The position numbers and the translations under genes are program-made. DNA of 30,394 bases from Pyrinomonadaceae bacterium (GTDB taxonomy: Bacteria > Acidobacteriota > Blastocatellia > Pyrinomonadales > Pyrinomonadaceae): NCBI GenBank assembly GCA_036403735.1, contig DASWQK010000590.1:1-30394 (forward strand). Direction: 5' to 3'. The notes beneath the pieces were generated by a model. It was not told the DNA's origin and did no database searches. It saw nothing but the letters and a program-made list of their open reading frames with translations. Positions 26,487 to 30,394 of the stretch are shown one piece after another. Each line of letters starts with the position of its first letter. Positions within the stretch are counted from its first letter, which is position 1.

Positions 26487-27602
26487 TTATAACGCTTTGC
26501 GGAATTGCAGGTTGCGGACGGTCGTGGCCGTGGTTGAACAGAGGGACTGACGTCCGTTCGGACTAGGCCCGCAGATACTGCTGCTGCTATTGCTGTTGGT
26601 CACGGCATTGACCGCGCGCACGGTCTCGACGCCGATCGAGGTTTCGACCTGGCGCAAAGCAGCTTGCTCCGTCGATGTCGCGAGCACTCGTGACGGTTGT
26701 TTTACAAATCCGTTTGCGTCGGGAAGACTGGTCATGTATCTGAACTGCAGGTTTGTAATGTGTTCAGCGACCACGCTATCCAAAAAGCTTCCGCCTTGCA
26801 CGCCGTAAATTCTCCGAATCAATAGGCCATTTGCGTCGACGAAGTACTGAATAATCTGGAGTCGCATGATCGATACGGCCTGCGTGCTGGCTCCCGAGGC
26901 GACCGACGAAACCAACGAAACGGGTGCGGTTGCGCTGGTTTGATTTAGCCCGAACCCACCGTCACTATTATTCATCGTAACCACGAAGGTAGTCGTATTC
27001 ACGCCAGTCACTACGCCGAACGCGGCGCTGTTCTGCGAAACGATTGCGTAGATCTCGTTGTTCTGAAATAGCCCAATATTTGTTGAGCCAACATTAATCT
27101 GGGTATTGGATCCGCTGACTGTGATCTTGCCGGCGAGCAATGAGACGACGTTGCCGGAATTAAAGTTAGTATCTCTCGTCAACATCGATATGCGATCGCT
27201 GTTGGCTTGAAAATTGATCGCCGGACTCGATTGGGGAATGGCGATGCCGGAAGGGATGTTGTCATCCGAAGTGACTATCCCGATGCAGGGATAGTTTGGG
27301 TCAACGCCGCAGGTCACCGGAGTTCTGGTTACGAACGTATTAACAAAAGTCAACGGTGCCGTAATGGTGCCGATGCCTCGGAGCCCGTCGCCGGCAGTGG
27401 TCAAATCGCGATTCATCACTTCGTGCGCGTTGCGCAATGACTGCTCCGCTTCAGTAAGGTGATAAGTAGCGTTCGCAAATTTCATGCTGCTGCCAAACAG
27501 GGCGAATGACGCTGCCGAGATCACGAGGGTCATGCTGAGAGCTATCATGAGCTCGATCATCGAGTAGCCGGCTTGATTCTGCGATTTGTGTTTATGGCAC
27601 AT
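26487..27602 (-). CDS. pilW: PilW-like minor pilin (cassette A)
   Basis: AG|YSMIELMIAL; AHEVMNRDLTTAG; IQYFVDANGLLIRR; VAEHITNLQFRY. Confidence 0.8.
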   Translation of the reverse strand: MCHKHKSQNQAGYSMIELMIALSMTLVISAASFALFGSSMKFANATYHLTEAEQSLRNAHEVMNRDLTTAGDGLRGIGTITAPLTFVNTFVTRTPVTCGVDPNYPCIGIVTSDDNIPSGIAIPQSSPAINFQANSDRISMLTRDTNFNSGNVVSLLAGKITVSGSNTQINVGSTNIGLFQNNEIYAIVSQNSAAFGVVTGVNTTTFVVTMNNSDGGFGLNQTSATAPVSLVSSVASGASTQAVSIMRLQIIQYFVDANGLLIRRIYGVQGGSFLDSVVAEHITNLQFRYMTSLPDANGFVKQPSRVLATSTEQAALRQVETSIGVETVRAVNAVTNSNSSSSICGPSPNGRQSLCSTTATTVRNLQFRKAL

Positions 27603-27628
27603 ATGATGTCTCCGTCTTAATCTCCCGA

Positions 27629-28237
27629 CTATCTGAAGTTCGAGCGCGTGTCATTATTGAGATAGCTAACACCGACGAGGCTGCGCATCTGGCCGCCGGC
27701 ATCCGGATAGCGCACCGTTATCTGGATTCGTTTGAGATTCGGATTTAAGTCGGTAATGACTATCTCTCGCGAAAAACCATTCAGGCCCCAGCTTGCATCG
27801 GTAAAGTCATCACCAGTGCCATAAGTATTGTCGGCTCCGGGATTGATCAAATCGTCGTTCGTTCCCCAAATGCCATCCGGGCCCGGGTTGATTGAGATTG
27901 GTTGGAAACCGGTCGGGAAACCGGCGAATGTTCGTGGCGCACCGCCGTTGTCGACATCGCCCGGGTTGGCAATCTGGCCAAAGGTCAACTCTTGAGTGTT
28001 CCGCAGGGTCTCCATTTGTTCGAGCAACGACACGACGAGCAGTTTGGTGTTCGTCAGATTACGCCCCATGTTGCTCACCGTAACCGCGTAGCCGATCGAT
28101 GCGGCGAGGCCCAGCAAGCCAACGGTCAGAACGAGCATTGCAACCACCATCTCCAAAATCGTTACCCCAGATTCTGAATCAGGCCGGTCCGCTTTCGCTC
28201 GCCGATGAGATCGGTTATTCAGCGTATTTACTAGCAC
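27629..28237 (-). CDS. pilV: PilV-like minor pilin (cassette A)
   Basis: SG|VTILEMVVAMLVLTVGLLGLA; LLEQMETLR; LKRIQITVRY. Start set at GTG 28237 because GGAGG lies 10 nt upstream. Confidence 0.78.
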   Translation of the reverse strand: MLVNTLNNRSHRRAKADRPDSESGVTILEMVVAMLVLTVGLLGLAASIGYAVTVSNMGRNLTNTKLLVVSLLEQMETLRNTQELTFGQIANPGDVDNGGAPRTFAGFPTGFQPISINPGPDGIWGTNDDLINPGADNTYGTGDDFTDASWGLNGFSREIVITDLNPNLKRIQITVRYPDAGGQMRSLVGVSYLNNDTRSNFR

Positions 28238-28907
28238 TGGTGCTGTACCTCCAGACTTTGATCCTGCCGGCAGCTCCGAGCACGGAGATTGCAACTGCGG
28301 TTTGGGAAGGAATTTGGCTGTTATAGAAGAAGAGCGTCGCCTTTGAGTAGGCTCCCGTGGAAGTTATTGCCGTGCCGTCAGGTTGAAAGGTAATGTTGAC
28401 GACGGTGCCGTTTAGTGCGGTCATCGTGTTGCCGTCATCGAGCGCAGTGTTCGCGTTGATTCCAGACGGAATTCCATAAGAGAGATCGGCTGGCGCCAAT
28501 GATCCAGTTGCCAGGGGCACAGTGAGCACAGTCGTAGAACACGACGTATTCGGATAACCCGCCGCGGCCATTACCTGGACCGTAGTCATGTTACAGCCTG
28601 CGTTGTCATTGTTATTGTGATCGAAGATCTTGATTGTCTTGGTGGCGTTGTCGTACTGAAACGTGAACGCTTGCCGCTGCGTCATTGCCTGCTGGCGGGT
28701 GAATCGCAGTTGGGTGGCAATCTCTCTTGGTAAAGCGCCTGACCGGACGAGCCGCCGCGCGTTTATCAATTGGGGGATGGCCATTGCCGTAAGCAGCGAC
28801 GTAATCGCGATGACGGCAAGCGTCTCGATTACCGAGCGACCGCTCTGCGATCGCCACCCGCGTTTGCTCTCAGCTTTGATTTCAGTTTTCATCAGTATCA
28901 CTTCCAC
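28215..28907 (-). CDS. FimT/GspH-like minor pilin (cassette A)
   Basis: SG|RSVIETLAVIAITSLLTAMAIPQL; IATQLRFTRQQAM; ITFQPDG; ISVLGAAGRIK. Confidence 0.8.
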   Translation of the reverse strand: MEVILMKTEIKAESKRGWRSQSGRSVIETLAVIAITSLLTAMAIPQLINARRLVRSGALPREIATQLRFTRQQAMTQRQAFTFQYDNATKTIKIFDHNNNDNAGCNMTTVQVMAAAGYPNTSCSTTVLTVPLATGSLAPADLSYGIPSGINANTALDDGNTMTALNGTVVNITFQPDGTAITSTGAYSKATLFFYNSQIPSQTAVAISVLGAAGRIKVWRYSTSASKYAE

Positions 28908-28961
28908 CTCGCTCCCTCGTTAGGGCTTTCCCGCGACTATGTGGAGCCGCGCTCCAGCAAG

Positions 28962-28977
28962 AGCAATAGCGGGGCCA
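28962..28977 (-). promoter_or_regulatory. Candidate sigma54 promoter for cassette A
   Basis: TGGCCCCGCTATTGCT has GG-N10-GC spacing, 55 nt before the start codon. Confidence 0.6.
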
Positions 28978-29038
28978 TCGTCGATTAGGCCGGAATCGGG
29001 CATTTTTCAGATAGACCCTGAATCTGAACTCAAGATCT

Positions 29039-29055
29039 TGTTACGTTGAGTAACA
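29039..29055. promoter_or_regulatory. Palindrome TGTTAC-N5-GTAACA, candidate enhancer-binding protein site
   Basis: Perfect inverted 6-mers upstream of the sigma54 motif. Confidence 0.45.
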
Positions 29056-29349
29056 GGGGATGGAAGTCGGCTTCCCAAGCATTGCCGATTTGAGTTGAAG
29101 CTCTTCTGCTGCAATGCGAGCGTCCAAAAATAAAGGCTATGCGTGTCGTGCACGTATTTGCTATATTGAATTTGGTGCGGCCGCAAGGCTGGCCTGACTA
29201 TACGCAAGATAGAGACGACCATCGCTCGATCAACTGCGCAAGGGCCGCCTCCCTTTCCGAACTCACTTAGTTCCTACAACCTAAAGACGCTCTTCGCGCG
29301 GCGGCTAATTTGAGCGCTTACCAGCAGATTACGTAAATCGAGAATCAAC

Positions 29350-30394
29350 ATGGCACGACTGGATGATCTACTGAGGCAAATGAGGCAGCAGGGTGCTTCA
29401 GACCTGCACCTGACGTCGGGCTCCGCACCTTACATGCGCATCCACGGCGACATGGTTAAGCTTAATTACAAGAGTGTATCTCCCGAAACATGTCAAAGCC
29501 TGATCTTCGAAATTCTTACTGACAAGCAGAAAGAGCTTTTCAGGGAAGAGTGGGATCTGGATCTCAGCTATCCGCTGGCCGGCGTGGGTCGTTTCCGCGT
29601 TAACGTGTTTATGCAGCGGCACGGAGTGTCGGGTGTTTTTCGTCTGATCCCTGAGGAGATAAAAACAATAAGGGAGTTGGACCTGCCTGAACAATTGGCA
29701 AGTCTGATTGATGTGTCTGAAGGTCTGGTTTTGGTAACGGGGCCGACGGGTTCCGGAAAAAGCACCACGCTCGCATCATTGATACACACGATCAACAAGG
29801 AAAATCAGGCGCACATTATTACTGTCGAGGATCCAATTGAATTTGTGCACGAGAACCAACGCTGTTTGATCAGTCAGCGCGAGATCGCCAGCCATACAAA
29901 GTCATTCAACGCCGCGTTACGCGCCGCGCTTCGCGAAGATCCAGACATAATCCTGGTGGGAGAGATGCGTGACCTGGAAACAATCTCGCTGGCGATTACC
30001 GCTGCCGAAACAGGTCATCTGGTTTTTGGCACGCTGCACACTAACAGTGCTATCAAGACAATCGATCGTGTTATCGACGTATTCCCGGAGGGCCAGCAAA
30101 CGCAGATTCGCGTGATGCTCTCGGAAAGCCTGCGCGGAGTTGTGGCCCAGGCCTTGTTGCCGCGGCCTGACCGTCACGGTCGTGTGCCGGTCGTCGAGAT
30201 TCTGGTGAACGTCCCGGCCGTTGCCAATCTGATTCGCGAAGGCAAGAGCCATCAAATCGCTACCGTGATGCAAACCGGACGTGCGCATGGAATGCTGACG
30301 TTCGAGTCGGCGATCCATGAGTTAATTCAGAAGGGTCTGATTTCCAAAGAAGACGGAATGAGCTTCTTGCGGCGTCGCAGTGCCGGCAAACAAG
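29350..30394 (+). CDS. pilT: Type IV pilus retraction ATPase PilT, 3'-truncated (absent from the ORF track)
   Basis: Hand translation: MARLDDLL...GASDLHLTSG, Walker A GPTGSGKST, ITVEDPIE, ALREDPDIILVGEMRD, ETGHLVFGTLH and AVANLIRE. Confidence 0.95.
   Translation, partial: MARLDDLLRQMRQQGASDLHLTSGSAPYMRIHGDMVKLNYKSVSPETCQSLIFEILTDKQKELFREEWDLDLSYPLAGVGRFRVNVFMQRHGVSGVFRLIPEEIKTIRELDLPEQLASLIDVSEGLVLVTGPTGSGKSTTLASLIHTINKENQAHIITVEDPIEFVHENQRCLISQREIASHTKSFNAALRAALREDPDIILVGEMRDLETISLAITAAETGHLVFGTLHTNSAIKTIDRVIDVFPEGQQTQIRVMLSESLRGVVAQALLPRPDRHGRVPVVEILVNVPAVANLIREGKSHQIATVMQTGRAHGMLTFESAIHELIQKGLISKEDGMSFLRRRSAGKQ

Noticed and set aside
28908-28960. c-di-GMP riboswitch in the cassette A leader (GGGAAAGCCC, GGAGC-GCG-GCTCC hairpin)
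   Set aside because: Too short, and lacks the paired GNRA/receptor architecture of class I or the kink-turn/pseudoknot of class II.
29028-29040. IHF site between the enhancer and the sigma54 promoter
   Set aside because: One mismatch to WATCAANNNNTTR and overlapping the proposed enhancer; expected by chance in AT-rich DNA.
29090-29130. TGGACGCTCGCATTGCA (minus strand) as a sigma54 promoter
   Set aside because: GG-to-GC spacing is 11 nt rather than the required 10.
29398-30318. Minus-strand ORFs 29398-29694, 29568-29798 and 29917-30318
   Set aside because: Antisense shadows of pilT.

Overview
About 30 kb of bacterial chromosome. By inference from gene content and repeat types it resembles Acidobacteriota (Blastocatellia-like); this is unverified. 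Left part, envelope and protease genes: a 5'-truncated S41 C-terminal processing protease, small secreted proteins, an in-frame fusion of an LPG-synthase/flippase-like TM domain to a MacB/FtsX ABC permease, a large secreted unknown protein behind a sigma54-type promoter, an FHA-TM-trypsin protease and a thioredoxin-like 2Fe-2S ferredoxin. Middle part: the glycine cleavage operon gcvT-H-PA-PB with three kinds of repeat inserted in or between genes, a CPA1 Na+/H+ antiporter, and a patch holding a 14-unit 21-bp tandem array and gene remnants. Right part: two tandem, divergent type IV minor-pilin cassettes (FimT/PilV/PilW/PilX-like; no PilY1 in the window), followed by a divergently transcribed, 3'-truncated pilT that the ORF track missed. 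The strongest leads are three. (1) Both pilin cassettes share one regulatory frame: a sigma54 -24/-12 motif, TGTTAC 62-63 nt upstream, and a 3' two-hairpin element with an identical 45-nt terminator core that can fold as a 1:2/2:3/3:4 attenuator. (2) The flippase-MacB fusion. (3) A GTTTAGA-headed REP-like cluster. All protein family calls come from motif recognition by eye, not from database searches.
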